Assembly: GCA_000004985.1 (NCBI GenBank)
Contig: GG738914.1
Source: Naegleria gruberi
Lineage: Eukaryota
Strand: one strand, 5' to 3'
Length of the DNA: 64,000 nt
The stretch's first letter is position 1, and each line of letters starts with the position of its first letter. Shown in pieces: positions 21,347-30,346 of the stretch. Below the pieces are notes generated by a model that did not search any database, had not been told where the DNA came from, and was given only the letters and a program-made list of their open reading frames with translations. The translations under genes were made by a program, and so were the position numbers.

Positions 21347-21703
21347 ATGAGTCATCACGAAAGACCTACCAGATTTAGCTTCTTTTTAGTTGCCTTATTT
21401 GTTGTTATTATTACAATTCTCACCATTACATGTGTTGGAATGAGTGGATATTTAATATTTTATGATAAGTGTCTTGATGATGCCAATGTATTGAACTTAT
21501 TTCCTTACAATGACCCAATGGCAATCATTGCAAGAATTATTATTTCACTCAATATTATAAAGTCAATTCCATATGCTTTATTTATGCCAAGAGATTGTTT
21601 ACATACATTGCTAAAGACAATTTTACCAGAATTATACAACCAAATTCAAAGGTCAAAAGTTAGAAACAATATTCTTCTTAGCTTGCATTTTTGGTTGTTG
21701 TAA
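21347..21703 (+). pseudogene. C-terminal fragment of an amino-acid transporter (Aa_trans/SLC38/AVT-like), last ~3 TM helices only
   Basis: FLVALFVVIITILTITCVGMSGYLIFYDKCLDDANVLNLFPYNDPMAIIARIIISLNI matches the conserved C-terminal region of AVT/SLC38 transporters (GYLMFG....N.L.NFP..D.L..IAR...). No upstream coding capacity exists for the N-terminal ~350 aa. Confidence 0.3.
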
Positions 21704-21938
21704 ATGCGTGTAATTGCAAAACACCTCAAAATCAATTTTCTCATTAAAAACAAATCGAAATGATGAATAAAAAAGAGAGTATCATGTCCACATCCATTGA
21801 GTTTTAATTTGTCATTTTTTGTGTTCTTCCACAAAGTAAACCTGCCAATCTTTTAGTATTTTATTAAAAATACCTTTAAAAAAAATCAACACCACAAACT
21901 CACAATACGGGTAGTGTCAAGAATCATCATATTATCAA

Positions 21939-22916
21939 ATGCTCTCTAAAATTCTTTTGTGGTGTTTGGCTTCCTTTTGCTTTGGAGGTTTACTTGGTTC
22001 CCTGATTGTCATTCAACACCGAAACTATAGTGTTCATGAATCTCAATTGACTTCTGGTAGCCTTCGACCTCCCTCTTCATACAAAACAAATCTACCTACG
22101 GCTTGTACTCCTCTTCCTTCGGCAACAGCAACAATATCCACCCCACAGTCCTCTTCTTCACTTCAATCAAAAGAACAAAAACTACGCGATATTTGTATCA
22201 TCCAATACGAATCAAGAAAACTGAAATCTATACAAAGTGCAAATTTAGAGGATGGCCAGAAGGGTTATTTCATTAGAGACTTGTCTATTTATGTGAACCA
22301 GAGATATGCCAAAAGACATGGCTATCCCTATGAATTTATTATTGCAGAGGAGAATGGAAGAAACGTTACTAGACATGCCGCTTGGTACAAATTAAAACTC
22401 ATTGAGAGGTATTTGATTGAGAATGAAAAAAAGTGTCAATTTGTTCTATTTATTGACAGTGATTGTTATTTCAGAATTATGAGTGCGACCATTGAGAGTG
22501 AAATAATTGATCTATATGATATGAATCAGGAAAATGGAACAAAGTTTTTTCTAGCTCCAAAGGATGAATATGGAGATTTTTTAAATTCTGGAACGTTGTT
22601 TTTCAGAAATAATGTCCAATCAATTCGATTCCTCAGAGAGTGGTGGGATGAAGGAGAGAAATCTCCCCAATATTTCTTCAGTCATCCATGGGAACAAAAG
22701 ATATTAGAAATTATGAGAGCAAGATATTTTGACTATATCATTACAGCTGGTAGTTACCACATAACATCTCCGAAAGGAACGTTCATTAGGCATTTGTATG
22801 GACGACCTGATGGAATAGCTCAGAGAGACAATTTCTTGGCCTCAGTAGGAATTAGTTTTGCTCAAGAGTATGAAGCAGAAGCTTTTAAAAGTGTCAAAGT
22901 AGTTCATTTAGGTTGA
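21939..22916 (+). CDS. Type II membrane nucleotide-diphospho-sugar transferase (GT34/GMA12-MNN10-like or DUF273-like)
   Basis: N-terminal signal anchor (ILLWCLASFCFGGLLGSLIVI), a DxD motif in FVLFIDSDCYF, then NSGTLFFRNN and WWDEGEK motifs typical of GT34-type transferases. Confidence 0.5.
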   Translation: MLSKILLWCLASFCFGGLLGSLIVIQHRNYSVHESQLTSGSLRPPSSYKTNLPTACTPLPSATATISTPQSSSSLQSKEQKLRDICIIQYESRKLKSIQSANLEDGQKGYFIRDLSIYVNQRYAKRHGYPYEFIIAEENGRNVTRHAAWYKLKLIERYLIENEKKCQFVLFIDSDCYFRIMSATIESEIIDLYDMNQENGTKFFLAPKDEYGDFLNSGTLFFRNNVQSIRFLREWWDEGEKSPQYFFSHPWEQKILEIMRARYFDYIITAGSYHITSPKGTFIRHLYGRPDGIAQRDNFLASVGISFAQEYEAEAFKSVKVVHLG

Positions 22917-23103
22917 ATTTTCATTTGTTATTAGAAAATAGGTTAAACCATAATTTGAATGATTAATACGTAGTTTGTTTATGTTCTTTATTGACACTTC
23001 GATGTTAATCTTCGAAAACACACCAGCAGCTTTTTCTGAGTGAAAAGCGAAATTGCAGTAAAGATTGAGTGTTCACTTCAATATTATTACCAAAAATAAG
23101 TTA

Positions 23104-24300
23104 TTAATAAAAAGAATGTTTAATTATTATAGATTTTCCTAAATCCTTATTATTTTCATATGGTCTACTAAACCAATCCCATCTATACCAAATTAAATAT
23201 TCTTTTACCCATTCCCATCCTTTCCAGTCATCATATGTATTACCAGCACAATTGAAATGTATTGCTCCCATAAAATGTGTTGTTCTATCAGCTGAACGTG
23301 AACGTGATGGTACTCCAAAGAAATTTTGACAATTTGCCAAATTCCAAGATGGATCCAATTCATTAAAAAAATTTGGTTTCATCTTATTTAGGGCAAATAA
23401 AAAATCTTGATCACTTCCATTTCTCTTTTCTTTAGATATTTGTTGTGTTTTTTCATCAAATCCAAATATTTCAATAGAAGCAGGAATTGCAAATTCTTTT
23501 AAGTAATTTACCTTTCTGGTCTTTTTCATATCCCATAAAAAAATACATGAGCATACATGGTTAGGCCCTTTACTTTCCCAATTAGGTTCTCTTGTCCATG
23601 AAAATAATGTTTCTTCTTTAAATTTATCAAATTCCGAAAATAATAAATCAGGATTTGTTCCAAATACCATATCTGTATCAACAAATATTGTTCTTTTAAC
23701 AGTATCAAATACTTTATCAAGAAATAATTTTACCATTCCCCATTTTCCTTTTGTAAATTAAATATTTAAATAATCTAAATATTACAATAATTTAAATATT
23801 AACATACCTGAATGATGTACAATAGGTATTTTTAATTCATTACATTCTTCATCAATTCTAGTTAAATTTACAATTTTAAAATTAACATTCAATTGTGTTC
23901 TATAAACTTTAATTCTATTAAAAACATTTTCTATTAGAAAATTCATATTATATAAATCGGTAGCAATATTTAATTCAATTTGAGTGTTTCCAACATGATT
24001 TAATAATATAGATTTTATCAATAGTGTAGTTTCATCACTTGTTGTTCTATTTCCACCAGAAACAATGGTAATTGATAGAGTTTTATCATTATCTTTGTTA
24101 ATTAATGTTGTTGCTGGTAAAGTTTGCGATGATGACAATAAAGGTGTAGGAGTGGTAATACAACTATTATGTGATATTGTTGTACTTTCGTTTTGTGGGG
24201 ATGTTCTTGTGGTTGTTTGTATTTGTAGGAAGAAGAATAGTATGGTAGGGATGGAAATAATTGTCAAAATAATGAGAGATTTGTGTTTTGTTAGCAGCAT
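23104..24300 (-). CDS. GT8-like glycosyltransferase (glycogenin/LARGE/GLT8D-type), type II membrane protein, 2 exons
   Basis: Exons 24300..23808 and 23747..23104 on the minus strand. The 60-nt intron (plus coordinates 23748..23807) begins GTATGT and ends AAG and is phase-consistent with both ORF frames. The joined protein ...IVHHSG|KWGMVKLFLDKVFDTVKRTIFVDTDMVF... has a DxD motif. N-terminal TM anchor; ATG at 24300. Confidence 0.5.
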
Positions 24301-24702
24301 TTTTTTAATATCAATAAGTGGGAAAATAACTTTTGACAGGGGTCTTGTTGTGGGTTGCCAGACATCAAAAACCAAGAAAACAGTGAAACATCTTCATATT
24401 TTGCATTTCACTGTTATGACTATATAATAGTAGTTCAGCAAGGTAAGATGTCTCAATTAGTTGTTGTGGAAGAAGAGGTAGTCTCACACTGAATTTTCTC
24501 TTTGTGAGGTTGTTTTAATTTTTGATGAAATTGATTCCATTACAGAATTGATGTCGACTGCGCCATGGCCCTACACATTGAGTTTAAAAACAAATGATGA
24601 ACAAGCATATTTAAGGGAAGATGAACGTGTCTTGAGACCTAGTGACACTAGGAAAAACTTCGGAATTCATAATTTTTTATTTCCTTAAAACAGGTAAAAG
24701 GA

Positions 24703-24791
24703 AGGGTGGTACGTGGATCGAACACGTGACCATCGGATGTCTGCTGCAATTAACTTTGCAATCCGGTGCTCTACCGCTGAGCTAACCGCCC
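24703..24791 (-). tRNA. tRNA-Cys (GCA) with a 17-nt intron
   Basis: Reverse complement is GGGCGGTTAGCTCAGCGGTAGAGCACCGGATTGCAA[AGTTAATTGCAGCAGAC]ATCCGATGGTCACGTGTTCGATCCACGTACCACCCT. D-arm GCTC/GAGC; anticodon loop TTGCAAA; intron after position 37; T-arm ACGTG-TTCGATC-CACGT; discriminator U73, as expected for Cys. One C4:A69 and one C27:A43 mismatch. Confidence 0.55.
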
Positions 24792-24809
24792 TGTTGATTA
24801 CATCCTTAA

Positions 24810-25154
24810 CTATTGAACGTCTTCCCTAAAGGAGTTCCAATCCACTCTAAGGACTGGATCTTTTGAATGGAACAAAGTTCTGCTATAATTAGTATGATAA
24901 GGAGGTTGCAAACCTTGAAATTTTGATTCCTTATAACTATTATACTTTTCTTTGTTCAAATTGTAATTGTATCGATTGGCTTCAAAAAGAGAAAAGTACA
25001 AAACTACTTGAAGAGAAAGGCCTGCCATGATTGGCCATTTCCACTTCTTCATCAAGTCAGTGGACATGCCATGGAAATGCATCTTGTGATTATTAGTTGT
25101 TGTTACCATTTTTTTAAAGTTTGGTTTAATTGAATGTTTTACAATGATAATCAT
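24810..25154 (-). CDS. Small single-pass membrane protein, hypothetical; an internal Met (MVTTTNN... or MHFHGM...) is the likely start
   Basis: ORF with one hydrophobic helix (WPIMAGLSLQVVLYFSLF) and no recognised family. Lies immediately adjacent to tRNA-Cys. Confidence 0.2.
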   Translation of the reverse strand: MIIIVKHSIKPNFKKMVTTTNNHKMHFHGMSTDLMKKWKWPIMAGLSLQVVLYFSLFEANRYNYNLNKEKYNSYKESKFQGLQPPYHTNYSRTLFHSKDPVLRVDWNSFREDVQ

Positions 25155-25168
25155 TCAAAATGGAAAAT

Positions 25169-26461
25169 TTACAAATCTGGTATGGTTTTGCAGCATTGAC
25201 CATACATGTGCTCTACTTTATCAATGCTCAATCGTCGATTAAATCTTTGTTCCTCTATTTTGAGTTTAGGGAAGCATTTACAAAGCAATAGAGCAGTTGT
25301 TTCATCCACCTTATTTCCTCCAAATCGGAAAGTTGTCAACTCGGGGAGGTTAGCTTTGGTGAGTGGCATTAATTTACAAGATTCAAGTCTGTTCTTGGAC
25401 ATATCCAAGTGCTTTAGTTTGGGTAAATTGATTGATGGCATGAATTCCAAAAATTCTAATGAGTTAAATAGTTCAATATTATTGGATAATTTCAACTTTC
25501 GCAGTTCTTTCAAATCATTCAGACCAGTAAGCTTGCTGATCATTGTGCTCGATATGTCCAACTTTCTCAATCTTACCAGATTAGAAAGATCAATAGAAGT
25601 AATACATGGGTTATCGGAAATGTTCAATTTTTCCAATTTTCTTAATTTTGTGAGAGGTATCTGGCTGATTACTGTTAGTGAAAGATTGAGTTGTCTCAAT
25701 TCTTTCAGATTCGAAATGAATGAAATGGCATCACCAACAGGAGTAAAACTCAGATCAAGTGTTGTCAAGGTAGTTAATTTTGGTAGATATTTGAAAGCCT
25801 CGTCAGTATTTACCCTTGCTTTCAATTTTCTTAGTTTCAGATCTTTCAATGCAGTTATATTACAAATATTTTGTATTCCAAGCTCACAAACACAGCTGTC
25901 CATAATTTCCACACATTTCAACTTCATGCTGCCAAATAACTGATAATCAGCAAGTGTCAATTTTACATTTCGCAAACTAATCTTTGTCAACTCTTTCAAA
26001 TTACCTAATTCTTTCAAACAATTATTATCAAACTTGATTTTAGATTCATTATCAAATTTAAATCCTCTCAAATTACTATGTATTATCAACCGTTTGATTT
26101 CATCATCATTTTCCACTTTTTTAAATTTAATTTTCGTTCCGAGATGAGAAATTAATTTCAAACCTCCCTTCTCAGCTAATTTCCTCCATCTTTCATACTT
26201 TTTCATGCAATCAAACACAATATTAATCTGAACATTACTTTCCTGTACATATCTGTACCATTTCCTCGATACCAAAGCACACTTTATCACCTCTCTATTA
26301 TGCAAATAGGTAAAAATCACTTTCGATATCACTTCCGAACCCAAAGTTTCGATCAGTGGCTCTTCCTCATCAGCATCATCACCAACACCTCCTCCCAATA
26401 ATAAGCCCTGTTCTCTCGGCTGACTCGTGCTACTACTAAAAAACGTTCGAAAGAATTGCAT
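25169..26461 (-). CDS. F-box/LRR-repeat protein
   Basis: N-terminal F-box-like segment (VISKVIFTYLHNREVIKCALVSRKWYRYV) followed by about 12 leucine-rich repeats (LxxLxLSxNxI...). ATG at 26461. Confidence 0.6.
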   Translation of the reverse strand: MQFFRTFFSSSTSQPREQGLLLGGGVGDDADEEEPLIETLGSEVISKVIFTYLHNREVIKCALVSRKWYRYVQESNVQINIVFDCMKKYERWRKLAEKGGLKLISHLGTKIKFKKVENDDEIKRLIIHSNLRGFKFDNESKIKFDNNCLKELGNLKELTKISLRNVKLTLADYQLFGSMKLKCVEIMDSCVCELGIQNICNITALKDLKLRKLKARVNTDEAFKYLPKLTTLTTLDLSFTPVGDAISFISNLKELRQLNLSLTVISQIPLTKLRKLEKLNISDNPCITSIDLSNLVRLRKLDISSTMISKLTGLNDLKELRKLKLSNNIELFNSLEFLEFMPSINLPKLKHLDMSKNRLESCKLMPLTKANLPELTTFRFGGNKVDETTALLLCKCFPKLKIEEQRFNRRLSIDKVEHMYGQCCKTIPDL

Positions 26462-26671
26462 CGTTGATTGGCGCTTATTTTTTTCTTAAAGTTTTACAGT
26501 AGCAACAATAATGTGGAATGTTAGTGGAATGGAGGCAAGGCAATAGTATGTGAAATCTGGAATTGTTGGAAACTAGTGGTTACTTATCTACAATGGTAGA
26601 TATTCTTGAGGATTCAAAGAGAGTGAGAATGAATTGTGAAAGAGGAAAGTTTGGTTTTCATTGTTGGATGA

Positions 26672-28033
26672 TTAGGGATATTGGACTCGATTTCCTAAGG
26701 TGATGTTTTGATAGGCTTCCTTCATGCGAATGTCAAATAATTCTTTCGAGTATTGTACATAGAATCCATTGGATTTAACTGCTTCGATCTGAAGTAGCAA
26801 GTTGTTCTTTCTGTTTTGTCCGTTTAATAAATAACCCAAATTTGTTCCATCCATTCTGATATTTCTTTGAGGATCATATAGAGATGAAATATTGCTATTT
26901 GGTGGAGAACTCTGATAAAGATGTTGTTGAATTTCAGTATCTTTCTGTAGAGATAGGGGAATTAAGGAAGTAAGAAATCGATTCTTTGAAATTGCAAGCA
27001 AAGCCAATGTCTTGTCATGTTTCAATTCTGTGGAGCAGAATTCGTATGCTTCTGGATTCTTTTGAATAGCTATCATGACCAGCTCTCTATCATTTTTCAA
27101 TTCATTGGAGGCATATTTGAGAGCTGCACCATTTTGATTCACTGCTTGGAGCACTATTTCTCTATCATTCCTTAGTGAATCGTCCAAATATTGAAGAGCT
27201 GCTCCGTAGCGAGTGACACTTTTCATGACAATGTTTCTGTCTTTTTTGAGAGTTGTTGATGCATATTGGATGCAAGAACCTTGGCTTTTGATTGCTTCCA
27301 TTACTAATTCAAAGTCATTTTGTAAATTGGAATTTACATATTTAAGAATCTCAGGATGAGTATTGACAGCTGTTATCACAATTTCCCTATCATTTCGAAA
27401 TGAAAATGTGTATTCCAATGCTCTTCCGTTTCGTTTCACAGCCTCAAATACCAATTCTCTATCATTCTGTAATGATTTATCAGCAAACTTGATAGATAAT
27501 GGCTCGTTTTTCACTGCCTCCATCATTAATTCCCTGTCCTTTCTTAATTGTTGCGAAACATGCGAAAGAATTTCTGAATCTCCATTTCTTACACATTCCA
27601 ATAGTACATTCCTACAATTTATCCATTTCACTAACTCCTTTTTTACTGATCCAATCTTAATAATATCACTAAATTGGTATCTTTTAGCTAATTTTACAAC
27701 CATTTCCTCAGTCAATCGATCTTGCAATTTTTTCCCTTGTTTACAAAAGCTTACAAAAAATTCAACGAAAATGTCTTCATCTTGTTGTAGGCTCGGAGGA
27801 ATCTGTTCAAATATCGAAATGGCCTTTGGAAAATCCCTTCCACAATTTTCTCTTCTAATAAACTTGAGTAGAAAATTCTTATCATGAGAAAATTCTATCG
27901 GAATGTATTGATAATTGTCTTCTCTGCGCTCCAGCCATAATTTTCTAAATTTCCTATCAATAGAATAGTGGTTTTTCAGGAGAGAACTTGGTGCCGAGTC
28001 GGAGAGCATAATTATAACATGTTGTTGATTCAT
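26672..28033 (-). CDS. DUF4116-repeat protein
   Basis: At least eight tandem ~30-aa repeats of the form NDRE(I/L)V(L/M)xAVxxNGxALxYAS..L+ (for example DREIVLQAVNQNGAALKYASNELKNDRELVMIAIQKN), characteristic of DUF4116. ATG at 28033. Confidence 0.55.
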   Translation of the reverse strand: MNQQHVIIMLSDSAPSSLLKNHYSIDRKFRKLWLERREDNYQYIPIEFSHDKNFLLKFIRRENCGRDFPKAISIFEQIPPSLQQDEDIFVEFFVSFCKQGKKLQDRLTEEMVVKLAKRYQFSDIIKIGSVKKELVKWINCRNVLLECVRNGDSEILSHVSQQLRKDRELMMEAVKNEPLSIKFADKSLQNDRELVFEAVKRNGRALEYTFSFRNDREIVITAVNTHPEILKYVNSNLQNDFELVMEAIKSQGSCIQYASTTLKKDRNIVMKSVTRYGAALQYLDDSLRNDREIVLQAVNQNGAALKYASNELKNDRELVMIAIQKNPEAYEFCSTELKHDKTLALLAISKNRFLTSLIPLSLQKDTEIQQHLYQSSPPNSNISSLYDPQRNIRMDGTNLGYLLNGQNRKNNLLLQIEAVKSNGFYVQYSKELFDIRMKEAYQNITLGNRVQYP

Positions 28034-28331
28034 TTTTTTTGATCTATTACAATGAAATGAAGTTATTGTAAACTTTCACAACCTTCTTTACATGTCTTTC
28101 TTGAAGTACTTGATTTTGAATTTATCTCATATCAAGAATCATTGATTTTCTTCTTTTGGTTTTGAATTCGTCCAGTTTGAGTTAATCAAGGTCAATAAAA
28201 GCTTGTTTACAGGTCTTCAACATTATTTCTTATACAATGAAAATATTCGAAAGTACAATTAAGATTTATTCAAAAAGATAATTCCAGATGTCAAAATCTT
28301 CAACACGTCAATTACAAAACCCAAACAATTC

Positions 28332-29231
28332 ATGACTCAAAAAAAAATGACCAAACGTGTATTAATTTTTGGTCAATCAGGTGTAGGTAAATCCTCCATG
28401 ATCAATGCTCTCGCCAATAGCAAACTCCCAGTTTTGGATGGAGCAGTTGGAACCACCTTTGAAAGCGAAGAAGTTTCGTTTAAAGATTCGTCCAATCAAG
28501 AAATACTTCTCATCGATACAGTAGGTCTCAGCGAATCAGCAACTGGCACCTCCTCTTCAATCGATTCTTTCATCAAACTCAAAAATCTATTGAAAAAATC
28601 AACTTGCGGTTTCAATTTAATGATCTTTGTAACAACCAAAGATCGAATCACAGGTAATGATAAAGCCAATATCGAACTATTCAAGACTATTCTTGGTGAT
28701 GACAAAGTGCCAGTAATCATGGTGGTTAATAAGAGTGAAAATCTTGAAGATTGTGAGAATATGGTATTAGATTTGGAGAGTAATCAGTGGGTTACTAAAA
28801 ATCTTTTGTATATTGAACAAGTTTATGGAAAGGATTGTTTTGCTTGTATTAAATCGACTTCTTTCCCATGTACGAAAGGAGACGATTTGACATTCTCTGA
28901 AGAGGAAAAGAAGTTGGTTAGTGAAGCTTCGAGAAGGATTGTTCTCGCAATGATTAACAAGTACTCTTCCAAGGAAAGTGTAGTACTTATCAGATCTAGT
29001 CAAGATTTATTTTCGAAACTCGTTCGAATGTGGAATTTGTTTCTTTTTAAAACTGGAGAGACAGCTTTCAAGATTGGAATTGATTTACAATCATTCTCAA
29101 GTGTTGGAAAGTTGGCAGAGAAACTAAAGGTGATCTTTAAGGCAGATATTAATTTTCTTGAACTGGCTATGGATCTTTATGGAATTGGTGTCAATAACAA
29201 TGAACATGATGTTGCTTGTAATAAAAAATAA
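28332..29231 (+). CDS. P-loop GTPase, AIG1/GIMAP-like (TRAFAC class), paralog A
   Basis: G1 FGQSGVGKSS; switch-I Thr in VGTTF; G3 DTVGL; G4 variant VVNKSE; a C-terminal ~150-aa helical extension. ATG at 28332. Confidence 0.55.
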   Translation: MTQKKMTKRVLIFGQSGVGKSSMINALANSKLPVLDGAVGTTFESEEVSFKDSSNQEILLIDTVGLSESATGTSSSIDSFIKLKNLLKKSTCGFNLMIFVTTKDRITGNDKANIELFKTILGDDKVPVIMVVNKSENLEDCENMVLDLESNQWVTKNLLYIEQVYGKDCFACIKSTSFPCTKGDDLTFSEEEKKLVSEASRRIVLAMINKYSSKESVVLIRSSQDLFSKLVRMWNLFLFKTGETAFKIGIDLQSFSSVGKLAEKLKVIFKADINFLELAMDLYGIGVNNNEHDVACNKK

Positions 29232-29283
29232 ATCTATCAAAGTAATGGACGAAACTGAAAAGTAATACTTTCGAATAAATTTA

Positions 29284-30177
29284 TTAGAATCCCAAAATAT
29301 CCTTAGCAACTTCTTGTGCCTTCTCCTTACTAACACCAAAGTTAATCATTAGCGCTTGAGTAACATTTTCCAACTTTTCTTCAAGCTCATCACGAACATT
29401 GAAAACATCCTTATGACCAAATATTCCAGCAATAGCATTTCCAATACTTGCAAAGGTCTTTTTCGTATTAATATAGAACCAATTCAATACTCTTGTGAGG
29501 ACTGTCATGAAATTTTCCTTCGTTACAATAAAAATACTTTCATCAGAAGCATGTTGGTCAATCAGATCAAACAATAGTTTTCTTGAGGTGTTGCATAATA
29601 AATTGATACTTTCATTGTTGCTAGTAAAGGAAGGTTGTGGGAAGGCAACTGTTTGTTTTGCACAGAAGGTTTGCTCACCGAAAGCACTTGCCAATTGAGA
29701 TTCGTTTTGTTTAATCCAAGTATTATTGGTTAAATCATCGAGAGATTTCAAACCGTTATCTGTGTCAGCTTTGGAAACAACCATAAGTGTTGGAACTTTG
29801 TTTTGGCCAAGGATTTGAGAGAATAATTGAACATTCTTTACATCACTACTTGTGATTCGTCCCTTTTCGAATACATAGATGAATAGGTTGAAACCTGTCA
29901 AGGAATCTTTCAAAAAGTCTTTCAACTTTACAAAGGCGGTAAAGTTATCAACTGTGCCAGATTCACATTCATTCAAACCTACTGTATCATCAAAACGATA
30001 GATTTTACCATTGATCTCTGTTCCCTGTTTGTTGATTGGTGGAATAATTGTCATTTGAAAAGTGACACCAACAGCACTGTCGTCAGTATTAAAGTTTTCA
30101 CCAGTCAAATTGTTTAAAATTGTGGTTTTGCCTGATCCTGAACATCCATAGATTAACACACGTCTTTCTGTTTTCAT
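29284..30177 (-). CDS. P-loop GTPase, AIG1/GIMAP-like, paralog B
   Basis: G1 YGCSGSGKTT; VGVTF; G3 DDTVGL; G4 variant VVSKAD. Colinear with paralog A over its whole length. ATG at 30177. Confidence 0.55.
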   Translation of the reverse strand: MKTERRVLIYGCSGSGKTTILNNLTGENFNTDDSAVGVTFQMTIIPPINKQGTEINGKIYRFDDTVGLNECESGTVDNFTAFVKLKDFLKDSLTGFNLFIYVFEKGRITSSDVKNVQLFSQILGQNKVPTLMVVSKADTDNGLKSLDDLTNNTWIKQNESQLASAFGEQTFCAKQTVAFPQPSFTSNNESINLLCNTSRKLLFDLIDQHASDESIFIVTKENFMTVLTRVLNWFYINTKKTFASIGNAIAGIFGHKDVFNVRDELEEKLENVTQALMINFGVSKEKAQEVAKDILGF

Positions 30178-30346
30178 TTTTTGTTTTTTATAATTCTTAT
30201 TCGAATCCTTCTAATTGTTTGCAATGTCCATTTTCCAGTGTTGTGAGAATTACAAAAACCTAATTTGAAAATTAAATACTTTTTTGAACCCTAGTCTGCC
30301 CATTTTCTGAACCAAATGAATACTTTCCAATAAATCAAAAAGAAAA

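Noticed and set aside
25206-25943. 245-aa plus-strand ORF overlapping the F-box/LRR gene
   Set aside because: Antisense to LRR repeats; low-complexity Leu/Ser/Asn composition that mirrors the sense repeats.
27363-27887. 174-aa plus-strand ORF inside the DUF4116 gene
   Set aside because: Antisense shadow of a repetitive coding region.
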